A program made the position numbers and the translations under genes. Below are positions 43,951-57,200 of a stretch of DNA of 64,000 bases, piece by piece. Position 1 is the stretch's first letter; every line of letters starts with the position of its first letter. Source of the stretch: the human T2T-CHM13v2.0 reference genome, Homo sapiens; assembly GCF_009914755.1 (NCBI RefSeq), contig NC_060935.1. One strand, given 5' to 3'. Under the pieces are notes generated by a model, which saw only the letters and a list, made by a program, of their open reading frames with translations, did not search any database and was not told the origin of the DNA.

Positions 43951-46819
43951 GCCCCCAAACAGTTGCTGGGCAGCAGCTGTCAGGGGTTTAGTGGGAGCTG
44001 CCCCCAACCTGCCAGGGCGCTGACTTCATTCTCTGCAGTGGCGGCTTCGCCTTGTTTAGGACCTTCCTTTAGACTCAGCTGTGCTTCTCGTGTGGCTGCT
44101 GTATATTTGGATCTACTATTAAAATAACCTCCCTCCTCACCTCTCCATGGCTTTCTCGTTCGACCCTCACGGTTTCTTGGCAGGTTGCTAATATTCATTT
44201 AATAAACATTTATTAGTCATCTTTCCTACTAGGCGCTGGGGATTCCAACATGTCAAGTCTAACCGGGAGTCGCTCGGTCTACTGGGGAAGGCAGGTTGAT
44301 AAACTGCTAAATTATGCTACGATATATAGTCAGTGGTAATGTGTGTGCTGCAACATTTCTATAGATGTTTAGTTTACAAAGCGCTTGCTGCAGAAATATC
44401 TTAACTCCTTACAGCAACTCTTCACCTGGGTTCACTCCCTTTTACGTTTGAGGAGACTGCAACTCAGGCAGGTTAAGTAACAGGCGTAAGGTAGTAGCTT
44501 CTAGTCCGTGGCACACTTGAGCCTGGGACGGAAGTCAGGGGTCCTTTGTACACTGCTGCACTTTTGAAGCTTTGCTTAGACTTTTCCCTGAGCTGCTGGC
44601 TATGCATCCGAAATTCCTGAGGAGCTTTGCAAAACAAAGGGCTGAGTCCCTCTCTGGAAGAGTCTGAGTGAGTAGCCCTGGGTGGGGCAGACGTCCTTGT
44701 TTAACAGGCTGCACAGGCAGTTCCGATGGGCAGCCAAAGTTGAGAACCGCCGCTCCTTAGGGGCAGCTATGAGCAGCGGCGGGACAGTCAGAGCCGGTAG
44801 AGGGCACTTTTTGCCGCCCCTCCTGCCACCTGGTGATTCATAGCATGAAATGAAACTAACAAAAGGAAAGAGAAGAGGAGGAAGGAGCCTTGATTGGGAG
44901 GGGGGGGCGCGAAATGCCCCATCCTACCCTTGTAGCAAACCACAGCTAAACATAAGCAGTGGCGCCTTCTCACTAACACAATAAGTAAAGCTGTTTCCCC
45001 AGCCAGGCTGGGCTCTCCAGACCCACCTGAGCCATATTGCAGCTGCCGAACAGAAGTGGCAGGTTTTGTCTCCCACCTTTTGCTGTCCTCTCATACCTCT
45101 TGGTACAAAACCATGGCCTGTAAGCCCAGAAGGCAGATGGTCTCCTGGTATGTGTTCCCTCGGAGGAGTCTGGATGTCCTTCCACTTTGAGCTTGTTGGT
45201 GAACTTCAGCTCCATGAGGGCAGGGACTATGTCCACTATCAAGGCAGCATGCGGGTATGGGACAAGCAAAAAGGCAAGATTGAGATCCTGGGTACTGGAG
45301 TCAAGTCCCAGCTCTGCTGTGTGATCTTGGATAAGTCACTCAACCTCTCTAAGCCATACTTTTCTGAGTAAGATGAAGAGGGTAATAATACCTTAAAAGA
45401 TTGTTGTTAGAGTTAAATGAAGTGATGAAACAATAAGCACTCTGTGAATTATAAAGCACCACACAAAAATTATTATAACATATGTATATGTATAGATATG
45501 TATAACATTTGTATTATTATGAGTTGTTAATTGAGTGCCTATTATTTGTCTGAGGCCAGGCATTGCAGAAGGTGAAGAAGTTTTAAGACATGCTTCCTCC
45601 TCTCAGAGGCTGAGACTGTTTCCATGCCTTTAGTAAAACTATTTGATTAGGCCAAAGTGAGGAGGCCTAATAGCAGTGAGTCCATACTGCCTGAGATTCA
45701 CCTGGAAAAAAATGAGAAGGAATCCTATTAAAGAAAACAATTTGAAAAAGCAGACCAGCCAGCCAATCTCTGCACTCATTATCTCCAAAGGATACACTAC
45801 ACAATCCTGTTAGGTTTGGTATCTGGTGCACTTCAGAACATCAGTCTGCATAACGATGCCAGCCTCACTGCAGAGGGCTTATTTCAAGGTCTCCTAGCTC
45901 CCCTTAACTGGGGCAGACAGCCACTGGAGAGTTGGGGCTGGCACAGAACAAGGCAGGCTGCTGTGGGAGGAGCAGCTTATGGCACCCTGACCTCCTAGGG
46001 CTGAGGAAACGATATTTGATCCCTCCTGGTGGAGGTCCTTGGATAAAGGATCCAACCCAAGATAGCAACCCTGCTCTTTTAAGTCCCCAACATGGTTATG
46101 ACCCAGATAGCTCAGGAACTCACCTGTGCTTTCCTCATCTGCGACCACTGGCAGGCAGGAACCATCTGGTTCTTGATTTGTGCCAAAGACAGTAGAAGGC
46201 TTTCCCAGCCTGAGGGCCTTCTACATGAATTGCATGTTTTTCAGCCTTGCTTGACCCTCCAGCCTTCTGGAAGGGCTTAGAGCAGCTGTTTCTGGACCAA
46301 AAAGTACCCTAAATGTAGTATTTTTAGAACCCTTTCCTAGACTCTCCTCCTTCCCCCTAAGCAAGACTAGGACATCATTCTCTTCCTTCTCCATCCCTCA
46401 TGGCTCTGGATTTATTGTCAACTCCCTGAGTGCCTGTGTAACTGCAAAAAGTTCAAAAACCTGACTGCTCCTACCTCAGGGGCATGGCTTAGCCTCTGAT
46501 CATCAGGTCTGAATCATGAAAACTCCTGGAGCTACAGGTTCATTTCTGAACCTGGAGGGGAACAGGGAATTTGCTGGCGCTGTCTGACATTTCTCAAGCA
46601 CAGTGGCAAGTAGAAGTTGAACTTGTGTACTTTTTCTTGGCTGATCCTTACCTGCTTCAATGAGTTGGCACTTGTTGGGTCTTAACTTGTCTGTGGCATT
46701 GTGTTACAAGACCAGAGCACAAAGCACAAAGTTGTTAGGTAATTTTCACCAGTAATTCACTGAGATGATTGGTAGATGCCAAGTTTATTTTAACTCATGA
46801 ATAATCTGTTGTGTGACTT

Positions 46820-47112
46820 TTTTTTTTAAGCGTCTTGCTCTCTTGCCCAGGATGGGATACAGTGGCATGATCATAGCTCACTGCAGCCGTGACCTCCTGG
46901 GCTCAAGTGATCCTCCCCCCTCAGCCTCCCAAATAGCTGGGAGTACAGGCACGCACCACCACACCTGACTAATTTATTTATTTATATTTATTTTGTAGAG
47001 ACAGGGTCTCCTATGTTACCCAGGCTGCTCCCAAACTCCTGGGCTCAAGCAATCCTCCCACCTCAGCCTCCCAAAGTGTTGGGATTACAGGAATGAGCCA
47101 CTGTGCCTGGCC
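46820..47112 (-). mobile_element. AluJ
   Basis: Full dimer with J diagnostics (tcatagctcactgcagcc, gggctcaagcaatcctccc). Confidence 0.9.
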
Positions 47113-47399
47113 TGTATGACTTTCTAAATCACTTCTGAGACTTAGTTGGAGACAATACAGCAGAGTTGTTGTGTATGAGGGGTCCAATGTCAGAAGTACC
47201 TACATTCAAATGCTGATTTCCCCAGTTAATACTTAACCTGCCTCAATTACTTCAGTAAAATGGGGGATAATAGCAACACCTACCCGATGGGCTGTTGTGA
47301 CAGTTAAATGAGCGCGGTGGTGCATGGCAAGACCTAGCTGAATGTTAGCTTTTTATTAATAGTATTTCTTTAAAGGTTGTTCATTATACCCTTGCTCAC

Positions 47400-47930
47400 T
47401 GTCCTCGTCCATTTTCTGCTTCCTATAACAGAATACCACTGCCTGCGTAGTTTATAATGAACAGAAATTCATTAGGGTCACAGTTCCAGAGGCTGGGAAG
47501 TCTAAGGGCATGGCGCTGGCATCTGGCAAGGGTCATCCTATGGCAGAAGGCAGAACCCAGCACATGAGACAGAGACAGGAAATCAGGCCAAAGTCATCCT
47601 TTTTATCAGGAGCTGCATTCCTGGGATAACTAATCCACTCCCAAGATAACGGCATTAATCCATTCATGAGGGCTGAACCCTCATAACCTAATCACCTCTT
47701 AAAGGTCCCACCTTTTAATACCATCATCATGGCAATTAAATTTCTTTCTTTTTTTTTTTTTTTTTGGTGGAGAAGGGGTCAAACTATTTTACTGAGGGGA
47801 ATGGGGTGTCAAAGAAGTACTTAGGACCATGAGATCCAACATCCTTGGCTGGACTGGGAGCTCCCAGGCTCTGCAGGAGGTGCAAGAACAGTTAAATTTC
47901 AACATGAGTTTTGCTCTTCAAACCATAGCA
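47400..47930 (-). mobile_element. MaLR LTR (MST/MLT1A-like) carrying a small poly(A)-tailed insertion
   Basis: tgtcctcgtccattttctgc...ggctgggaagtctaagggcatggcgctggcatctgg...aatcacctcttaaaggtcccacc...caaaccatagca. Confidence 0.8.
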
Positions 47931-47967
47931 CCTCCATTGGGGGTGGGGAGGTGAGGTCACTCTGTAT

Positions 47968-48135
47968 CAGTGGTTCTCAACTTCATGCAGTGGAACTGCC
48001 TAGGGAGCTTTTGCAGATCCAAGGCTAGGCCACACCCAGACAATGATATCAGAACCTCTGGGCTGGGGACACAGACATCAGTACTTGGGAAGCTTCCAGG
48101 TGATTCCAGTGAGCAGCCATGGTTGAGACCCACAG
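47968..48135. mobile_element. MER5A-like hAT MITE
   Basis: Terminal inverted ends cagtggttctcaa ... ttgagacccacag; internal ccaggtgattc. Confidence 0.7.
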
Positions 48136-48844
48136 TATAACTTGACTCCTAATGAAGATGGGTGGAAGCAGAAGCTTGGGTTCAAATCCTGGCCTTTCTG
48201 TGTAGCCCAGTGACCATGGGAAAATGCTTAACTTCTGAGTCACAGTTTCTTCTCGTCTGTACCAGTAGGGGCGAGGAGGATAAAAGCCACCTCACATGAT
48301 GGTCCTGCAGAGAAGATGACATATGTGCAGTTATTCTTGTTTGAGCACATAACTGAGCACTTTTCTTTATACCATTATATGGCAGTAATCCTACTTGTGT
48401 GCTATTTTTAAGTTGTTTTTTATACCAGCTGTATCTTAAGTAGATTATAAGCTCCTTGGGACAGAGCCTTTATAGAGTCTTATAATACTTTTATGCCTAT
48501 AGCACCTAAGATACAGGGACAGGCCTTCAGATTTTTAGAACTGGCACAAACCTTAGAGAGATCTTCTCGCCAACTCTAAAGTGTTGAATAATACTTGCTG
48601 GTTAATTAATATGCAAGTGGTAAAGAATGTGAAAGAGGAACCTGTGAGTCAGATGGTTGTGCCCAGCTTCAGTTGGAAGTCCCAGTCCTTCCTCTCCCAG
48701 CTAACAGCACTTTCTTTCCAGGGTTAGTTTGGTGCTTGCTTGGGGTAGGGGTGGAGAAGGATGTTGGGATAATCAGAGCTGAGAGGGTGAGTGTGTCTAC
48801 CATGGCACTCAGCTCACTGTGCTTCTCTCCTGGCAGACCCAGTC

Positions 48845-51316
<2,472 letters not shown>

Positions 51317-52451
51317 GCCGGATGCCCCACACACCGCCAGTGTCATACCAAAGAGCTGAGCTGCTTCGGGGCCATGCAGCCCTCCTGCCAGCCCCCTGCC
51401 CTTTTCTTGCCCTGTCTCTGAACCTTCAGAACATTGATCCTTGCCGCAGCCCCACTAGCCAAGAGAAACAGAGAAAGACCATTCCCCCTGCCTGTCCTTG
51501 CGGCCCTGTCTTCTGAGGTTCTCTGTCTGGGGTTGGCTCTCTTAACCCTTTCTCTGCTCCCAGCCTGCCTCACCAGGGAAGGTTGGAGGGGCCTCCCTCT
51601 GGCTTCTGCATCTGCGCCAGCAAACATCACTGCCGTTGGTCTCTCATGACTTAACTGGCTTCCCTCTGCTGCTGCCTTGGCTTCCTCCTAATGCTCGTGC
51701 TCTCCTGTCCTTCTGAAGTTGCTCCTTGGCCAAATCTCCAGCTCCCTTCTTGTTTTCCTCATCCTCCTACCCTGTACTCCCACCAAACCATGGTCCTTTA
51801 AGGCACGCTCCTGTCCTCCTCATTGCCCAGCAGTAGGGAGGGGCAGGGGTAAGGGGACCTGAGGATAAAGGGTGGGGAAACAGGGTCCCCTGAGGCCTGT
51901 GGGGGCTGCAGGGGAGGAGGATGTACCTTGTGTCTCTTTCAAGTGCCTTAATCCGAGCCAGCAGGGCCTTCTGCTTGCCTGCTGCCATACTGTATGTAGG
52001 AAAGTGTTCTGTGGCTGCTTTGTGTCAAGAAAAGAGCAGTCACTCTCAGAATCTTGATTCCCCATCAGCCAAAGCAAAAGATGGCTGCTGCTTTGTAGGC
52101 ATGTGCCTGCAAGTGGGACCTTGCTGGGCATTATATGCCCTGTGGGGGTTTCAGAGACCCTGAAAGAGGAGGGAGGACCCGCCTCCTTGTCTGCACAACT
52201 GCATGCACTTCTCTCCCCATCGCTCCACAACCTGAAACCGAGAAGGAGTTGCTGACCAGTGCCCACCCCGGCAGCCCGGGAGGAACACAGGCAGCTCCTT
52301 TCCCTTCACGTGGTCTGCAGAGAGCAGGGTGAGCTGCCAGCTGCCCCTCTCCACCAGGGTACCCTGTCTTGGTGGTTAGGGGCCACTTTTCCTTTGAGGC
52401 TCTAGTGGAGGTGGATGTCCTTCTCTGCCAGGCTTGGCACATGATGTGAAG

Positions 52452-52579
52452 AATAAATGCCCAATTCTTACTGTTCAGGTTTGATGTGGAATCACAGCTG
52501 CAGTGATATATATTTTTTATCAGTGCTTGGTTGGTTTTAAATAAAGTGCACGCTATTTTATTATCTTGTTCTGAATAAA
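52452..52579 (+). terminator. TMEM109: TMEM109 polyadenylation signals (three AATAAA)
   Basis: AATAAA at 52452-52457, 52540-52545 and 52574-52579. Confidence 0.75.
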
Positions 52580-53449
52580 ATGTATTTACTCCAAGTCTGG
52601 ATTGCTTCCATGTCTCCTCTACTGCTAAACCCATTTCTGTAGTGCAGCTCCGCCTCCCAATTTCTCCCTGTGGGGGCAGTGTGAAGCTGGCAGAGGGGAG
52701 AGCTGAAAAGGCAGGCTGGTACCAGGTACCCTTCCCTCCAGGAGCACAAGGAATTAGGAAAGCATGCCCCCATTACAAAACGTAGGAACGACTGGCACTG
52801 CTGGAAATGCGTGTGCTTGCTGGGCAGAGGGGTCACCCCTTCCCTGCAGTGTGCTGAGGTGGGTGGGCAGCCTGGAGAAGACTTGCCTGCCCTCCCCTTC
52901 ACCACCCACCTGAGGACTTTCCTGTGCCAAGGTTTCCAGTCGGCCCACAGGCTGGACCAATTTTGCGGAGGGCCTCAGACATAATTTTTTCTTTGTAAGC
53001 TGCCCAGGGCATGAGAGTGTGCAGCTGGGGCCCCTGCTCTGGGCCTCTCCCCAAACTGCCTGGTAGGCAACACTGGGTCAGGACCCTTGAGGCTGGCCTT
53101 CCCTCGGGAGTGTTGGGCAACCCTCAACCCTCCTAAGCGCTGCAGGACGCTGCCCAGGTGGAGCTGGTCAAGAGACTAGAGCTGCCTGCACCTAGAGCCC
53201 TTCCTCCACGGCGGTGGCCTAGCTCTGTCAGGGCAGGCTCAGGTGGTTGGCATCTGGCCCCGTTTGACCCCCTCCCTCCTTTCCTGTCCCTGCAGCTCCC
53301 GTCCCATGTGTCCCTGAATTCTGGTTCTGACTCAGGTGTCAGATGCCTTCACAAGTGAGCTGCTTGTGGGGGTGGGTGAGGCAGAGAAAGTGGCTTTTTC
53401 TTCCCTGATCAGAAGCTTCCGTGAGGGAGCCACACAGAACTCACCGAGT

Positions 53450-54250
53450 CCCTCCTGGCAGAGGCGGCCGTCCTCTGTTGCTTCCAGGGACGTGGCCCTC
53501 TTCCCGACCTCGGTCGCCTGAGCGCGCAGGGATTGGGGATCCGTAGGGCACTAGGACCCGGCGGGGCGGAGGGGGCAGCCCATGTGCTGCGATTCGCTCC
53601 CTCCCACCCCACTGCTCCCGCTCCATTGTCTGGGAATTGCAGCCGCGGGGCGGGCGGCGGCGGCGGCGGCGGCGGCCGGGACCCAGCGGGCCAGGTGGGG
53701 ACGGCGCGGAGCGGGTGCGGGAGATGCCGTGCGGGACTGGGGCCACCTGAGCCGCCCGCCTCGTCCCCGCCTTCTGTGGGAAGGATGTGCGCGCGGATGG
53801 CCGGTCGCACAACAGCGGCCCCTCGGGGGCCCTACGGCCCCTGGCTCTGCCTCCTGGTGGCCCTCGCCCTGGACGTCGTGAGAGGTCAGCGGGAGGGGAG
53901 GGCCGGGGCGAGGGGCGGCCGGGCCCGGCCGAGTGGGAGCGAGTGATGCCCGGGAGCCACCAACCTTTGGGTTCTCGGACTGAACCCTGAGCGGGGTCGC
54001 CCCGCAGCGCCCTGAAGGTCGGAGAGTTCTTGCCCTCGGGAACCTGCCCCCAGCCACTCGCCCCTAAGGCTTCCTTCACCTTGCACGACCCGGCAACTCC
54101 TTCCTGACCCGGGGCAGCCCGGCGCAGGGGCTTCCCCGTCCCGCACCTTCTGCGAGGGACCCCTCAGCCCGGGCATCGAACCCGGCGGCCCCGGTCCCGG
54201 GCGCACTAGCGTCATCCCCACTCCCTCACTGTGGTCTGTAGCGCTGCACC
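53450..54250 (+). promoter_or_regulatory. TMEM132A: TMEM132A CpG-island promoter and exon 1
   Basis: CpG-dense, GC boxes (ggggcggagggg near 53563), overlaps the first coding exon. Confidence 0.82.
53653..53676 (+). repeat. (GGC)8 trinucleotide repeat upstream of the TMEM132A ATG
   Basis: Eight perfect GGC units. Confidence 0.95.
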
Positions 54251-57200
54251 CTCCTAGCCTCCTTCCGCCGCCACCAACCCACCCCCCTCGGGAGTGGAAA
54301 GCAGCCCCTTTGCCTGGGACCTGCAACAGACGCAAGCCCTCCCTCCCCCTTCCCCCAGGGCTCCCTGACCTTGGCGTCTCCAGGGATGGCCGCATCCTTG
54401 CCTTCCAGAACCTTTGAGAGGATTCCTGTCACTGCGGGAAAGGGCAGCAACTTCCCTGTGCTTCGGGGTGGGGGTCGGACTCCCTTGGCCTGGGCTAGCT
54501 GGGCTGTGGCTGCAAGGCAAAGGATGCCACAGAAGACAGAGGGACAGTGAAACATTCTCTGCCCTCCCCACCGAGAGAGCCGAGCGCTGGGTGATGGGAG
54601 TCCGTGGGAGTCAGGCTAAGAGCATCTTGTAATTATGGAGGCAATGGAGTAGGAGGCGAACCTGAAGCCAGTGGCTGCCCCCAGAGAGCAGTGGTCACTT
54701 GTTACGCTTGGGGCAGGGGGCAGGGAGAGCCTGTCAGTCATATGCTCCTTGGTGGGGAGGGCCAGGAAGGAGGTTGAAACCAATTCCCCCACCCCCACCC
54801 ACAGTCCAGCTGTGGGGCTGAGAGGGAGCTAGCTGTGGGGTTGCTTTCAGCCACCTGCTCCCCATCCCGAGGGACGCCATGGGAGTCCTAATAGAGAGAG
54901 GAGGAAAACCTTGTCAAATCCATTATGCAGCAGCAATAATGCCTGCTCCCTCCAGACAGCACTCCACAGTTTACACAGCCCTGTCCTGTCCACAGTGCCA
55001 CCTAATGCTCCTGCCCCTTTTACAAGTGAGGAAACAGGCTTCAAAATGTTAATGCCTGACCCAAGTTTCATCAATTTAAATTCAGGTCTCCAGGCTCCCA
55101 GGAAATCCTCTCTAGGGAGCGCTTCCTAGTTTGGGGGAATTCCAGGATGAGCAAGACAGGGTCCCTTGTTTATAGGAAGATTACTAATTCAGAGGAGGCA
55201 CCCAGGGTTGCAAAAGACAGGAGACTGGTGGGAAGGTGAGTAACCAAGGAGGGCTTCCTTCAGAAGGAGGCAGTATTCACTCATGGCCCTGAATGAGGAG
55301 GGAGGTGCCACCGGGCAGAGCAGAGGAGAGGAGGTGCGCTCCAGGGCATGAAGCCTGCAGGGTGCACCGTGGCAGTGGAGAGTGGAGAGAGAAGTGGCAG
55401 GTGGAGACGCCGGATGGTCTAGTGGCTAATACCTGGGATCAACCCCCAGCTCCTTCACTCTCCAGCTGTGGAACCACAGGCAAATACCTTAACCTCTCGG
55501 CCTCATTTTCTACATCCACAAAATGGGATTCATCATAATAGAACCTGGTTCACAGAATTATTACAAAGACTCAAAGAGTTCATATACATACAGTATTTAA
55601 ATTCTCACCTGCATATAGCATTCACAAAATGCTAATTATTATTATTAGTGCTCATAGTTAGAGCAAACCAATATGGCTTAGTGCTCCTTTGTCCTTCTGA
55701 TGATTGACTATTTTGACTGTCTTCCCCAGGCTCCTGGTCCCCACCCCACCCCCAGGGCAAGCAAGTGCCTTCACAGACCTCTTCAGCACCTTCCGCGCCC
55801 GCCCATCCCACACTTGCACTCGATACCAGTCGGTTCAGGGAAGAAGGGAGCAAGCTTGGAAAGATGGTGCAGGTTGCCATGGCAATGATGGGGGAGGAGG
55901 GGTGGATGCCCAGCAGAGCCTGGCCAAGGATTCAGGGCAGAGAAAGCTCACTTCATTACCATATTTTACTACACTGGCCCAGTCTGCCGACGGTTGCACC
56001 CCAGAAGTGCCTTGGTATCAGAGGCGAGTAGATGGAGGGCAGGAGTTGGGGAAAAGGAGACATTGAGAAGGCTGTTGGCGAGAAGAAGGCCAAGGTCTGT
56101 GGAAAGTAGAAGGAATAGCTGGGAAGCATCCAGTCCTGGACTCAGATTCGAATCCTGGCTTTGCTACATACTACCTGTGTGAGGCTCTTTAAGCCTCAGT
56201 GACCTCATCTGTGAAATGGTGGTGAGAGGGGAAGGGACATTTACAGCCCTTTTCTCCCTCCCTTGCCCACAACTACTGTGCCCCAGCATGGCACCCGGGT
56301 CAGCCCCTGCCAGCTCTGGAGCTGTCATCATCTCTCCCTCTTATGCCTCTTCAGTGGACTGTGGCCAGGCTCCCCTGGACCCTGTCTACCTGCCGGCAGC
56401 CCTGGAGCTCCTAGACGCCCCTGAACACTTCCGTGTGCAGCAGGTGGGCCACTACCCACCTGCCAACTCCTCTCTGAGCTCCCGATCTGAGACCTTTCTG
56501 CTCCTACAGCCCTGGCCCAGGGCCCAGCCACTTCTCCGGGCCTCCTACCCACCTTTTGCCACTCAGCAGGTAAGGAGGGGGCACCGGGGACTCTCAGGCT
56601 AACAGGACTCAGGGCCTGAGGTCTGCTGGGTACAAATTGGGAGCCTTCCCCAGCCCCGGCTGTGCTCCCCATATTCCAGAGGGGGAAACTGAGGCCCATA
56701 AAGGTTCTCTTCTGCCAAGCTGGGATCCCATCTTCCTAGATCTTCCCCTCCCAAGCTCCTCTTTTGTTAAGCCCTCTCATTCTCCCTCCAGGTGGTCCCC
56801 CCTCGAGTCACTGAGCCCCACCAACGGCCAGTCCCATGGGACGTGCGGGCCGTTTCAGTGGAAGCGGCTGTGACTCCAGCAGAGCCCTACGCCCGGGTTC
56901 TCTTCCACCTCAAAGGGCAGGATTGGCCACCAGGGTCTGGCAGCCTGCCCTGTGCCCGGCTCCATGCCACACACCCTGCAGGCACTGCTCACCAAGCCTG
57001 CCGCTTCCAGGTGAGTAGACAGGCCCCACCTAGGCTGGTCCTGCTGCAGCTGCGTCAGCCAGGTGGTGGGCCCGCGGCAGAGAGGAAACCCCCACTCCTG
57101 GGAAGCGCGGGGGTTGTGGACCACCCGACTCCATTTCTGCCCCCACTAGCTTTCAGTGCTGTGAAAAGGTTATTTAGGGCCCCAGAGGGAGTTCAGTCCT

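Noticed and set aside
43136-43991. Multiple overlapping 100-220 aa ORFs at the TMEM109 promoter (and at 53409-54571)
   Set aside because: Stop-codon scarcity in CpG islands; low-complexity Arg/Pro/Gly/Ala translations.
45700-46330. Unique-looking intronic block with a minus-strand CAG/GTGAGT donor near 46120 and an 84-aa ORF
   Set aside because: No acceptor partner, recognisable protein or other support; a single donor match is expected by chance.
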